DNA of 64,000 bases from a bacterium. Its GTDB lineage: Bacteria > Hinthialibacterota > Hinthialibacteria > Hinthialibacterales > Hinthialibacteraceae. The position numbers and the translations under genes are program-made. The notes under the pieces are model-generated. The model made no database searches. It had not been told where the DNA came from and saw nothing but the letters and a program-made list of their open reading frames with translations. The stretch spans positions 32,001-96,000 of the forward strand of contig CAXXSM010000053.1 of assembly GCA_963663405.2 (NCBI GenBank), in the 5' to 3' direction. Positions 18,742 to 30,318 of this stretch are shown here, piece by piece (position 1 is the first letter of the stretch; each line of letters begins with the position of its first letter).

Positions 18742-20892
18742 TTACTGCCAGATCGTTTGAATGTGACGAATTTCCAAGAATGGAACTGAAACGGATCGAT
18801 CGCTTGTGAACAGTTCGATCGATTGGACGTCCTTGCTTGATGGCAGGGCTTTGACGGGCATATAGATTTGACCGTGATTGGCGAAGATTTCGATCGATGT
18901 ACGGTCAACAAGAAGACGCAGGCGCAGTTTTCCATCGATTGGTTTCATAGCCGCTTTTTGCTTGCCGCATTGAAGTTCTTGTTTTCCGGCGTCATAGACG
19001 ATTGGTAAATCGCGGATTTTGAACCCAAAAACTGTGTCTTCCTTGATTTCAAATTCCGCTTCGATATCCAGCAGCTCTCCTGAAACATCCTTTAAGAGAT
19101 TTGCACCAGGTGTTAAAGTCTTGTTTTTCCATGTTTGTTTCCCCGTATAGAGAGTTTCAATCTCCTTGACGGGATTGGCGTACATCCGGACACCTTCCTC
19201 TGTTGTATGGAGCGATAAGCTGACTGGGAAGAGCATCATCTGGTTGAAAGGCATGCCCTCGGCGGGAATCTGTCCCCATGCGATTTGAATCCGTCTGCCA
19301 TCCTCTTCGGGGATGTTGTTATAGGTTTGCGACGCGTAGAAGCAGTCCCCGTAATGGAATCGGATCACACCGGTTTCCGGGTTGAATTTCTCCCCATCAA
19401 AGTGACCGATGAAGTATTCACCGGAACCGCCGTACAAGATCCATTTTTTGTTCGCTGGATCGCCATCCACGGGTAGTTCGAATAGTTCCGGGCACTCGTG
19501 AAACGATTTAATCTTGCTGTGGTAAGTCCATTCTTTCAGGTTATTCGAGGTGAAAAAGGCGATCTCTTTATCATCGAGGAAGAGAGCCATCGCCCATTGA
19601 TTCGTTGGCTCATGCCAGATGACTTTGGGATCGCGGTTGCCGCCAACGATATGGTTGATGATTGGATTGCCTTCGTATTTAGTCCATGTCCGGCCCCGGT
19701 CGCAGCTGTAGGCGATCGACTGGGTAAAGGGCTGACCTTCTGACATCGGATTCGTCCCCCCGGCGGATGTGTAAATACAGACGATGGGGCTTTCATCGCC
19801 GGTTTGAAATCCAGCGGTATTGTTTTTGTCAACGATGGCTGAACCGGAGAAGATCGTGCCTAGTTTGTCTGGATGAATCGCATCGGAGAGTTCCTTCCAA
19901 TGAACTAAGTCTTTACTAACCGCATGACCCCAGGTCATGTTGCCCCACGACCAGCCGTAGGGATTGTGTTGATAGAAGAGATGGTATTCACCTTTGTAAT
20001 ATACCAATCCGTTCGGATCGTTGTTCCAGCCTCGTTTAGAGGAAAAATGAAATTGGGGACGCAGTGTTTCTTTATAGATCGTTTCCGCATTTTTAATTTG
20101 ATTTCCCTGGGTGATGGAATCTAATAATTTAGGCGGATCACCGCGAAACTGTTGTGTCTGGAGAATTACGTTTTTACCCTTAAATTCACTCCCATCAAGG
20201 AACACCCAAAAATCCGGTTCGTTCACAGCGAATTCAATCTCAAATTCTCGCACTGATTGTTCACCGATGAGGAGTTTCACCAGTCGTTTTTTCCCTTTAT
20301 TTTTAACGGGGAAATGGAGATAGCGATCGGTAAGTTTAATCGTCCTTTGGAAATCTTCTAACGTGGCTTTGTATTTTGTATCGCTTTGAATGATCTGATC
20401 AATGTTGATATGCCCCCAACCTCCTGCCCGGTTGTCGATGATCTGGATTTGCGCTTGTTGACCAGTGAATTCGGATACATCCCAACTATGCCAATCGAGC
20501 ATTTCAGAACCGCCAGGCTCTTTGTTGGGTCCCACAGCCGTTCGTACAACTTTGCCGTCTACAAGCAGATCGATACAGGTTTCTTCAGGATACCCGCCAC
20601 CACCGATTAGAAAATTGATGTAGCTACGCTCGATTTGAAAGGAAGGGGACGTCAGGACGCCTTTTGAGTTGTCTCCATTGTAGAAAGAATTAACCAGTCC
20701 TTCTCCTTCATAACCGGAGACTTCCATCTGGCCGGGAAGTGTTCCATTGGCCGGGCTGGGGCCGAACGCTTCGCCTTCGGCCGTCCAAGCGCCATAATCC
20801 TTTCCTTCGAAATCTGCGATGAGTATATCCTCCGCGGCGTACGGCGCTAAACTAATTGATAAAAACAGAAAAACCGGCAAGAATTTTTTCAT
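18742..20892 (-). CDS. Secreted GH32 beta-fructosidase/levanase
   Basis: Catalytic motifs WNNDPNG, WGHAVS, FSGSA, RDPKV, ECPE; C-terminal VDRTSIEIF; signal peptide. Confidence 0.92.
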   Translation of the reverse strand: MKKFLPVFLFLSISLAPYAAEDILIADFEGKDYGAWTAEGEAFGPSPANGTLPGQMEVSGYEGEGLVNSFYNGDNSKGVLTSPSFQIERSYINFLIGGGGYPEETCIDLLVDGKVVRTAVGPNKEPGGSEMLDWHSWDVSEFTGQQAQIQIIDNRAGGWGHINIDQIIQSDTKYKATLEDFQRTIKLTDRYLHFPVKNKGKKRLVKLLIGEQSVREFEIEFAVNEPDFWVFLDGSEFKGKNVILQTQQFRGDPPKLLDSITQGNQIKNAETIYKETLRPQFHFSSKRGWNNDPNGLVYYKGEYHLFYQHNPYGWSWGNMTWGHAVSKDLVHWKELSDAIHPDKLGTIFSGSAIVDKNNTAGFQTGDESPIVCIYTSAGGTNPMSEGQPFTQSIAYSCDRGRTWTKYEGNPIINHIVGGNRDPKVIWHEPTNQWAMALFLDDKEIAFFTSNNLKEWTYHSKIKSFHECPELFELPVDGDPANKKWILYGGSGEYFIGHFDGEKFNPETGVIRFHYGDCFYASQTYNNIPEEDGRRIQIAWGQIPAEGMPFNQMMLFPVSLSLHTTEEGVRMYANPVKEIETLYTGKQTWKNKTLTPGANLLKDVSGELLDIEAEFEIKEDTVFGFKIRDLPIVYDAGKQELQCGKQKAAMKPIDGKLRLRLLVDRTSIEIFANHGQIYMPVKALPSSKDVQSIELFTSDRSVSVPFLEIRHIQTIWQ

Positions 20893-21066
20893 TATTCTGA
20901 TTCCTTCAGTAGCTGGATTGATCCTTATTATGACACTAGTGGGCTAGAATCGTAAACGGGATTGGGTTATCGATTTAACGAAAACATATTGGATATTAAT
21001 ACGTATTGCTTTATAGTATAATTGAATTTGTTTTCCTTGTATCATTCATCCATAGGAGGCTCCTTG

Positions 21067-21633
21067 ATGAAGAAGTACCACCATGTTGGAGAGTGCAAGC
21101 AAACCGCTTTTACGTTAATTGAGTTATTAATCGTCGTCGCGATTATAGGGATTCTGGCCGCGATCGCGGTTCCCAACTTTTTGCAGGCGCAGATTCGAGC
21201 GAAGATCGCGCGCGTTCAGGCCGATCATCGCGCTTTGGCCACAGCGGAAAATATGTACCGACTTGATAACAATACGTTTCACCTTCACCGGCATACGGCA
21301 TGGCAGCATGTGCCGCTGACGACGCCTGTCTCGTATTTGAGTTTCTGGCCGATTGATCCGTTTCAGGAAAAGATCCCCGAAAGTGAAAAACAGATCGCCC
21401 CTTACGCCAAACTGACCATTCATTGGGAGCCAATCATGAGTTTTGAAGCCAGCCGGGCGGCTGGCTATATTGAAAAGTATCCCCAATATGTTGGATGGAA
21501 TGTCAGCGCAGGGCCGGGGACGGAGAGCGGGACCTATGATATGACCAATGGATTATTCAGCGATGGAAACATCACTACCTTTGTCGGCGGAAACGCGAAA
21601 TCCGATTACCGGCAGGAATGGTGGCATCAGTAA
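21067..21633 (+). CDS. Prepilin-type N-terminal cleavage/methylation protein, paralogue 2
   Basis: A|FTLIELLIVVAIIGILAAIAVPNF; AGGAGG RBS before ATG 21067. Confidence 0.9.
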   Translation: MKKYHHVGECKQTAFTLIELLIVVAIIGILAAIAVPNFLQAQIRAKIARVQADHRALATAENMYRLDNNTFHLHRHTAWQHVPLTTPVSYLSFWPIDPFQEKIPESEKQIAPYAKLTIHWEPIMSFEASRAAGYIEKYPQYVGWNVSAGPGTESGTYDMTNGLFSDGNITTFVGGNAKSDYRQEWWHQ

Positions 21634-21817
21634 ATAAATAGGCGTTATATCACTCACCTTGATATAGAGCGAATTTGATTTGACGAATTCATTCCCCGCA
21701 ATGACTCGTACAATCCTACAGTTCTCCCTTTGAAAATACTGTTTTAGCTTTCACTCCGCGCTGGAACGGCCTTATTATATTAAAAATAATTATATGCGAT
21801 TATGATGGAGGAGATTT

Positions 21818-23520
21818 ATGGAATCCAGCGGCGCTGTGGTAACGCTAAATTATTTTGAATTGATCACCGGGCTGATCGGTGGTTTGGCTCTCTTCTTGTT
21901 TGGAATGGATCAGCTGACGAATTCCATGAAGATGGCCGCCGGTTCGGGGATGAAGAATCTGCTCGCTCGTATGACCTCGAACCGGATTAAGGCGGCGGTT
22001 TCGGGCGCGGTTGTGACGGCCGTTGTGAATTCCTCCTCCGTGACCACGGTTCTCGTTGTCGGTTTTGTCTCGGCTGGATTGATCTCTCTGCCACAGTCGA
22101 TTGGAGTCATTCTTGGAGCAAATGTCGGCTCAACGATCACGGCCCAGATCGTCGCTTTCAACGTAACCCACTATTCGTTGCTTATGATCGCCACAGGATT
22201 TTTTCTCCCGGTTTTCGTCCGCTGGGAGAAGGCCCGGCATTATGGACTTATGATCCTGGGATTGGGATTACTGTTTTTAGGCATGTCACAAATGAGCGGC
22301 GCGGCGCGGCCGTTACGATCTTATCCACCGTTTATCAATCTAATGGCCCAGATGGAAACTCCTTTATTGGGAATTGCGGTGGGGGCGCTCTTTACCGCTG
22401 TCATTCAGAGTTCGGGAGCTACGACAGGTATTATTATCGTGCTGGCGAGTCAGGGATTCGTGACTTTGGAAGCGGGGATCGCATTGGCGTTCGGTGCCAA
22501 CATCGGCACATGTGTCACCGCTTTGCTGGCGTCGATCGGCAAACCGAGAGAGGCTGTACAAGCCGCCGTCGTCCATATCTCTTTCAATGTGATCGGCGTG
22601 ATCATCTGGCTGGCGTGGATCGATCAACTCGCCGACTTCGTGCGGTGGATTTCTCCCTCCGCTCCACAATTGGAAGGTATGGCGAGACTGCGCGCAGAGT
22701 GCCCCCGGCAGATCGCCAATGCGCACACTGCGTTCAATATCTTCAATACGCTTCTCTTTCTTGGATTTACGAAGCCGCTCGCCCGATTCGTCGAACATGT
22801 GATACCGCCACGGAGGAAAAAAGAAACCAGCCGTTCCCAACCCAAATATTTGAACGAGACATTGTTGGAATCACCCGATATCGCGTTGTATTACGTTCGG
22901 TTGGAAATGGAGCGATTGGGTCGGTTGGTTCTTCCCATGATGGAACGGATTCCCACCGCGACGCTTCATGGTTCCCAGCGGGAATTGGAGACAATCGCGG
23001 ATATGGACGATGATATTGACGATTTGCATAACACGATTATCACGTTTTTGGGAAAATCTCACGGCAGTCACTCACGAATAAACAGTCGGATGAAATTCAT
23101 AATTACGCCGTGATCGCGAATTATTATGAGAACATTGGAGATACAATCGAGACGAATATGGTAGCGGCGGGCCTGGAGCGAATCGGACGCGGGATCCAGA
23201 TCAGTGATTCCACGTTGCGTATTTTGCAGCCGCTTTTCGAAAAAGCGTATTGGGCTGTCGAGCAATCGGCGTTCTGTCTATCGGGGGGCGCTTCAGTGAT
23301 CGCGGAACGGATCATCGCTGCGAAACCGGAAATTTATAACCTGACTGCGGAAGCGCAAAACCATTTACTCAAACGGCTTACCGCCGATCAGCCCCACCGG
23401 ATTGAATCCTTCCGGATTGAAACCGATATCATTGACAATCTGAACCGGCTTTATTATTTTGCGAAACGAATCGCTAAGATGATTCTTGAGTTCGATACAA
23501 ACCACGTTCGGCCGGATTGA
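21818..23520 (+). CDS. Na+/Pi cotransporter with C-terminal PhoU domains (frameshift at ~23053-23056; ORF track splits it into 21818..23113 and 23110..23520)
   Basis: GGLALFLFGM, NSSSVTT, GANVGST, QSSGATT, GANIGT, IANAHTAFN. One extra A gives continuous ...TFLGKISRQSLTNKQSDEIHNYAVIANYYENIGD (PhoU repeat). Confidence 0.88.
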
Positions 23521-23589
23521 CGCGGCGCCTATCGTAGTTTCTGATTTTTATGTACTCTTTTCCTAATTTACAAAAGGAGGATTCTTTCT

Positions 23590-26352
23590 ATGCGCAATAA
23601 TTATTCTTCCACTCTTTTACTTATCATGGCGCTAATCATTGGTTTCTGCCCCTGGGCTTTGGCGCAAGCGTCAGAGAATTCGGCTTCCCTTGCCATTGAT
23701 GGATTGCGTTGTGAGTATCTTGAAAATCCGTTGGGAATCGATACCGCGCATCCCCGGTTGAGTTGGAAACTGATCGCCAAAGATCCCCAGGCGCGTGGAT
23801 GTAAACAAACAGCGTATCGGATTCTTGTCGCTTCCAATCAATCCCTGCTGGAGAAGGAGCAGGCCGATCTGTGGGATTCCGGAGTTGTAGTTTCCTGTCA
23901 ATCCGTCCATGTGGCGTATAAGGGAAAAGCCCTTACGTCCGGTATGGATTGTTATTGGAAAGTGAAAGTCGTCGATGAAAATGGGCTTGCGTCCGCTTGG
24001 AGCGCGCCGGGCCGCTGGACAATGGGATTGTTATATTCATCTGACTGGAAAGCGGAATGGATTGGGATCGAAGATCAGTTCGAACGGAAACAAGGCTGGC
24101 CCCCACCCGACAACACTATCCCTGATCCCTGGTTCCGAAAGGTGTTCACACTTGATCGAGAGCCAACACGCGCGTTTCTCTACTTGGCTTCCATCGGCTA
24201 CCACGAACTCTATGTAAACGGCCAAAAAATAAGCGATGATGTACTCGTCCCCAGCGTCGCCAACCATCGTAAACGCGCCCGCTATATTACCTATGAAATC
24301 ACCGATTTTCTGCAAAAAGGAAAAAATGTGATCGGTGTGTGGATGGGTCTTTCTTGGTCGATTTATGAGCATTATAAGACGGAGAATAAACCCCAATGCC
24401 CTATTTTTATTGCGCAGGCGGATATTGATCTCGGTCCGGATGAGCGCGTGCAGATCCTTTCCGACGCCAGTTGGAAGACGCATCCCAGCCCAAACACGCT
24501 GCTGGGAGTCTGGAATTTTATGCACTTCGGCGGTGAACTCTACGACGCCAATCAAGAAATCCCCAATTGGAACGCTCTCGATCTAGATGATTCGAATTGG
24601 AAACCTGTAACGGTCTACTCTCCTGACGTGGAACTCTCCGCCGAGATGATTGAACCGAACCGGATTATCAAAGAAATCCATCCCATCGCCATTCGCGAGG
24701 TGGCCGAGAAGATCTATCGGATTGATATGGGCGTGAATCTCAATGGGTGGTTTGAAATGGATCTATCCGGCGCGCCTGGACAGCGGATCGAATTTCAGTT
24801 CTCTGAACGGAAGGATCAACCGATGACGCACCGGCTGCGCAGCGCGTATATCCTTGGATCATCGGGCAAAGGTACGTTCCGGAATCATTTCAATTATTTC
24901 TCAGGCCGCTGGATTCAGATCGAAGGGCTTTCTTACAAACCTTCGATTCGAGATATCCGCTGCTATTTAATCCGGACTGATTATGAACGGGCGGGATTCT
25001 TTGAATGCTCTGATGAATTATTAAACCGGATTTATGAGACAACGCTTTGGACGTTTGAAAACCTCAGCCTGGGCGGGTATGTCGTCGATTGCCCACACCG
25101 GGAACGGATGGGATACGGTGGTGACGCGCACGCTACGACCAACACCGGTCTGACCAACTACAACCTTGGCGCTTTTTATACGAAATGGAATCAAGACTGG
25201 TGGGACACGCAGGATGATAAAGGCAATCTTCCCTATACGGCGCCGACGTTTTGGGGCGGGGGCGGACCCGCATGGAGTGGTTTTTGTGTCACGCTGCCCT
25301 GGGAAATCTACCACCGGTATGGAGATATCCGCATCCTCAAAGAAAGTTATCCAGTCATTGAACGCTGGCTGGCGTTTCTGGATTCCCAATCGAAAGATGA
25401 TTTGTTAGTGCGCTGGGGAGGGGAATGGGATTTTCTTGGAGACTGGCTCTGGCCCGGCGCCCAAGGGACAAACGGGGATACGCGTGAAACTCTCTTTTTG
25501 AATAATTGCTATTGGGTGTATAACCTTCAAACTGCGGCGAAGATTGCGGATATTATTGGATTCAACCAGAACGCCGTCCGGTACCGCCGGCGCGCGGAAA
25601 CGATTAAGCAAGCGATTCAAAGCCAATTCTTCTACACATCCGACGCGAGTTACGCGAACGGTTTTCAAGCGTATCAAGCCGTTGCGTTGTTGATTGATCT
25701 GCCACCGGAAGAATTGCGCGAAGCGGTGTGGAAACGGCTCGAAGATGAGATTTTGATTTACCGGAAGGGACACATTCACGCCGGGATTACTGGTGGCGCG
25801 CTGCTGTTTAAAACGCTGTTAGCCAACGAGCGCAGCGATCTGATTTACGAAATGGCTGCGCAGCGGGATTATCCCGGTTGGGGAGATATGCTTGCGCGTG
25901 GAGCCACAACCTTTTGGGAAGCGTGGGACGGCAGTAACTCGCATTTACATAGTTCGTATCTGTTTATCGGAACCTGGTTCCTGCAAGAACTGGGTGGGAT
26001 CAAAATCCCCGCTGACAAAGCGGGATTTCAACAATTTGTCATTAAACCGGCGCCGCCGGAATCTTCCTTGCGCAATGTCTCTACCCGCTATGAATCGATG
26101 TACGGCCCGATTGTCTCGGATTGGCGGATCAATAGGAACCGATACTCTTTGAAGGTTACTATTCCTCCCAATACCACTGCTTCGGTCTATGTTCTCTCTG
26201 GTAAAGAGGCGTCGATAACGGAAAGTGATAAACCTCTTGCCGAATCCAAAGGTGTGGAATTGGCTGGAAAAGAAGGGGCGTATACGATACTGAATCTCGT
26301 CCCTGGGACGTATTCCTTTGTGTCGCTTTTAGATGAAAATGAGTCTAGATAA
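23590..26352 (+). CDS. Secreted GH78 alpha-L-rhamnosidase
   Basis: LRCEYLENPLGID..PRLSW, LWDSG, DCPHRERMGYGGD, LGDW, GATTFWEAW, YGPIVSDW; signal peptide; AGGAGG RBS. Confidence 0.92.
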   Translation: MRNNYSSTLLLIMALIIGFCPWALAQASENSASLAIDGLRCEYLENPLGIDTAHPRLSWKLIAKDPQARGCKQTAYRILVASNQSLLEKEQADLWDSGVVVSCQSVHVAYKGKALTSGMDCYWKVKVVDENGLASAWSAPGRWTMGLLYSSDWKAEWIGIEDQFERKQGWPPPDNTIPDPWFRKVFTLDREPTRAFLYLASIGYHELYVNGQKISDDVLVPSVANHRKRARYITYEITDFLQKGKNVIGVWMGLSWSIYEHYKTENKPQCPIFIAQADIDLGPDERVQILSDASWKTHPSPNTLLGVWNFMHFGGELYDANQEIPNWNALDLDDSNWKPVTVYSPDVELSAEMIEPNRIIKEIHPIAIREVAEKIYRIDMGVNLNGWFEMDLSGAPGQRIEFQFSERKDQPMTHRLRSAYILGSSGKGTFRNHFNYFSGRWIQIEGLSYKPSIRDIRCYLIRTDYERAGFFECSDELLNRIYETTLWTFENLSLGGYVVDCPHRERMGYGGDAHATTNTGLTNYNLGAFYTKWNQDWWDTQDDKGNLPYTAPTFWGGGGPAWSGFCVTLPWEIYHRYGDIRILKESYPVIERWLAFLDSQSKDDLLVRWGGEWDFLGDWLWPGAQGTNGDTRETLFLNNCYWVYNLQTAAKIADIIGFNQNAVRYRRRAETIKQAIQSQFFYTSDASYANGFQAYQAVALLIDLPPEELREAVWKRLEDEILIYRKGHIHAGITGGALLFKTLLANERSDLIYEMAAQRDYPGWGDMLARGATTFWEAWDGSNSHLHSSYLFIGTWFLQELGGIKIPADKAGFQQFVIKPAPPESSLRNVSTRYESMYGPIVSDWRINRNRYSLKVTIPPNTTASVYVLSGKEASITESDKPLAESKGVELAGKEGAYTILNLVPGTYSFVSLLDENESR

Positions 26353-26478
26353 CTATCTCAATCGCAATTTCTTCCGCGACTCATTTTCATTTGCAGTTGT
26401 GATCTCAATCATGCTAGTTTGGATGAGTGAAAGGTGAATTTTTAAAATCGCTAGCTGTGCGTGTCTAATACCGTTCGA

Positions 26479-29400
26479 TCAATATAGCCGCCATCCCCGC
26501 GCGGCGGGTATATCCTGAACCGAACTGGATTGAATCCACAACGTGCAAGGCGCCGGTTCATCAGATAAGTTGCTGAGGAAAATGTAATAGACGCCGTTCT
26601 CTAGCATCAAGTCGTTCGCGCCCGTCCGGTCGAAATGGGCCGAGACGGGCGATCCGGCTTCATGCCGGGGTGGCGTAACATCGATCCAGGTCTCTCCGTT
26701 GTAAATCCAAATATCCCGCAGCCGGTTTTGGTCCCATTCTTCCATATCCGGTAATTCTTTTCCAAAACCGCTATATAGAACGAGAACGTTTCTGCTCGTG
26801 TCATAAACCATCTGGGAGCGGCTGCGCGCCGGTGGCTTTGTTGCGGGATTCAATTCAGTCCATTGTCCACCATCCCATTCCCACATATCGTCCAGTTGTT
26901 CTTCGTCTGCGAATCCACCGAAGAGAACGACACGTTCCCGGATGGGATCATAGGCCATACAGTGATATTTCCGCGCGGAAGGGCTGACTCCAGGAGAGAT
27001 TTCTCTCCATCCCCGGTCATCGTAGAGCCATGTGTCATCAAAGAGGACGTCATCGTCTTCACTGCCGCCGAAGAGGACAACTTCTCCACGGGCGGCGTCA
27101 TAGACCATTTGATGGCCGAAACGGGGCGCTGGCGCGTCGGATGTAGAGATGGATCGCCATTGTCTATCTTTCCATTCCACGTGTCGTTAAGATTAAAATC
27201 GTCCGAATCCACTCCACCAAAGAGAACCACAGCGCCGCGCTGAGAATCGAACGCCATTTGATGAGCGATGCGCGCGGTGGGTGAGGTAGAGGGAATCAGT
27301 TCGGCCCATTGCGCGCCATCCCATTCCCATGTGTCGCAATGGAATGTATAGTCATCGTCATGGCCGCCGAACAGAATCGTTTTCTTCTGGATGGAATCAT
27401 AAGCCATGGCGTGCGTGCTTCGAGCAAATGGGAATGTGGTTTGACGCAGAAGAGTCCAGCGCTCACCATCCCACTCCCATGTGTCATTCATCATATGATC
27501 ACTGACCCAGCCTCCGAAAAGGCAGGTTTTTTGCCGTTCTTGATCGTATACAAGAGCAAAGTTACGTCGTGGTTCCGGATCGGGCGTTCCAAAGATGATT
27601 TGATCTCCAAAATCGACCCGTAATCCCATTGATTGAGGGCCGTCTGGGGTAACCGTGATGGTTAGATCCTCGATGCTTTCGTCCACTTTTACGGAGAACG
27701 GATATAAAAATGGCGATCGGTTTTTCGAACCGATCGCGGCTCGTAAAGGAGAACCAATCGCCATAATATGGCTGTGCCGCTCCCGATCTCGATCCTGTTC
27801 GGTGTCTAGAAGATCGCAGATGAATTCAATCGGTGTATCCTCTCCCGCACGGACTTCAACAAGTGAAAGGCGGCTGCCTCGATACTCTGATAGTGAAACG
27901 TTTTCATTGTAAAACTGTGAGCGGGGCGGATCAGTGAAGGCGGCGCATCCTGGATAGGAGGAATGAACGCCGACATCGCTGCCTTCAGTATGAAATCGCT
28001 TTACCGGTTCGATCCAGACTTCATATTCACCAGGGGGCAGACCGGGCAGGCGGAAATCACCCGTGTACGTTTCAAGTTCGTCCGTCATGACGGTGACTGC
28101 GGTTCCCAGCCGGTCGCCGATCAAACGCGCTGCAACGATTCCTCCAAGCACAGGCCGTCCATCAGTAAAAACCGCCTGTCCTGTGATAGCGCCGAAATTA
28201 CGTTCAAATGTTCCATCTTCCGATGGATACAAACTCGATAAGGAAACATGGTCATCATGGTGTAAGATCACGCCTCCCTCATACATATCCGCTGAAAACG
28301 GATACATTAATGGAACATAAATATCATCCTCTCCATAGCCATCCGTTTCGATATGTTCGTTCAGTTGAGAGTGCGTTAATCCAAGGAAATGACCGAATTC
28401 ATGAGCGATGGTATGCGTCAGTTCCGTAATCTGTAATTCATCCTCTTGTTCAATGGACCAGCCATTAAGGAACAGCCACCCCGCCGTGATCTCATCTTTT
28501 TCATAACGGTTGGAGGCGAAACCAAGTGTAGTCTCCTTGGCTCCCTCTCCTTCGAAGAGATCGATCAAATCACCGTGTTCATCAAAGACGACTGGATTAA
28601 TCCCTTCATCGAATAAACGTTCACGAAGGTTGATGAAAGAATCGTCATTGGATTCCATTTCGGTCCAGTTCGTTCCATCCCACGTCCATGTGTCCCCTAG
28701 CATTTCTTCCGCCGTCTGTCCACCGTATAAGACTGTACAATTCCGGACCTCGTCAAATGCGATGGCGGGGGAGACTCGAGCGGGGATATCCGGATTCGAT
28801 TGTTTCTTGACCCATTTACTCCCATTCCAACTCCATAGATCGTTTAAGAGACCATCAACTCCATAGCCCCCGAAGAGCAGAAAAAGATTTCGCTCTGAAT
28901 CGTAGGTGACATCGAATCTCGAACAGGCTGGAGGCCGGCTTGAGCCAAAAAGAGGAACTTGCGTCCAACGGGAGCCATTCCATTGCCAAAAATCGCTGTA
29001 TACATAGATTTGATCTTCTCCACCGAAGAGCAGAACCATCTTACGCGAGGGATCGTAAAATAATCTATGGCCCGAACGGGCGTCCGGCGGACTGGTTGGT
29101 GTGGCGTCACGCCACGATTCCCCATCCCAAATCCATGTATCCCTTAAATATTCCGTCTCTGTCTCTCCACCAAATAGGACGATCTCTTTCCGTTCTTCAT
29201 CATAGGCCATCGATATTGAACATCTGGGTTCTGGATTGATTTTCGGTGTCACGTCCGTCCACGTTTCTCCATCCCAGATCCAGGTATCGTTCAGTAAATC
29301 GTTCACTCCATACCCGCCAAACAGGACCCAGTTCTCCCGCTCTTTGTCGTAAGCGAGCCCAAAGGAATCCCGCGCCGGCGGGCCTTCCTCAAATGGGATG

Positions 29401-30239
29401 GATGTCCATCCTTCCCCATTCCATTCCCACATGTCACCATATGTGATGTTCCAATCAAAACCACCGAACAGAACAATCGTCTGCCGATTCGGATCATAAA
29501 AAAGACGATGGCGGCAGCGGGGTGAGATACTCGCCATAGAAATGCCGAAATCAAAATCCAGACGGGAACCTTCCATTACTTTCACGCTTGATGTGGGGAC
29601 TTGGTTCCAAATCTCGATGTTGTTACGAACTAAGTTCGAAATGGTTTCTTCATCCATATCCCCCAGAGAACCTTGGTCCAGGTTGTACGTGACGGGAAAT
29701 TGCTTCCATGTTTTGGGTATCCCGGCTTGGTGGTGATTTAGATTGACCTGAGTTTTGATTGTATACTCACCGGCTTGGGCGGTTTGAAAAAGATACCAAT
29801 GCTCATCATCCCGCGTCACAAATTTCCCTTCACTGGGATTGCCGTTTACGATTAACTCTTCGATGTATTGGGGGTGCGATGAGATTGGAATACCGCCTGG
29901 TCCTGTCACTGTGATTGAATAATACTCAGGAGCTTCCATTTCATAATTTTCAGGTAGAAATACACAGGCATAGTAGACAGAACTCGCCTTTAAATCAGAG
30001 GTTAATAATGAGAACGGGGAGCCGGTATACTCATCGTCATTCCGGCCGATTACGCGAGTCATATCGTCTGGACCGTAGAGCATGAGTGTTGTATCAGGTT
30101 TATTCGAAGGGAGATAAATACTTAATGGTCCAGCGCATAAACCTGTGTTGACAAGAATCAATGTGTATAACAATGCTGCTCCTAATTTGGTCAGTATTTT
30201 CCATTTATTAAGGTTATTGTTTTGAATGTGATTTCGCAT
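26479..30239 (-). CDS. Secreted metzincin (matrixin-like) metalloprotease with two Kelch-repeat propellers (frameshift at ~27177; ORF track 26850..30239 + 26479..27180)
   Basis: HEFGHFLGLTH plus Met-turn PLMYP. About 12 repeats of P.R..h.YD..R...vLFGG.....DTW.WDG..W. One extra G joins DTW to EWKDRQW and continues the repeat. Confidence 0.85.
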
Positions 30240-30318
30240 TTATTTATCCTTGGATCGCCGATTCGTGGCGGATTTTTTCTTTATTGAGGTAATTGTGTTT
30301 TCTGTTCCGCAGGAGATA

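Noticed and set aside
18742-18765. GH32 C-terminus IQTIWQ as another W-tail; likewise pilin ends QEWWHQ and PPWKI
   Set aside because: The GH32 ending is the normal last strand of the family; none of the three has the S/T linker plus W-x-[LI]-[YH] spacing.
26670-29525. Periodic ccattcccat/ccgaa motifs resembling an array
   Set aside because: These are degenerate coding Kelch repeats, not CRISPR repeats; there are no identical repeats with unique spacers and no cas genes.
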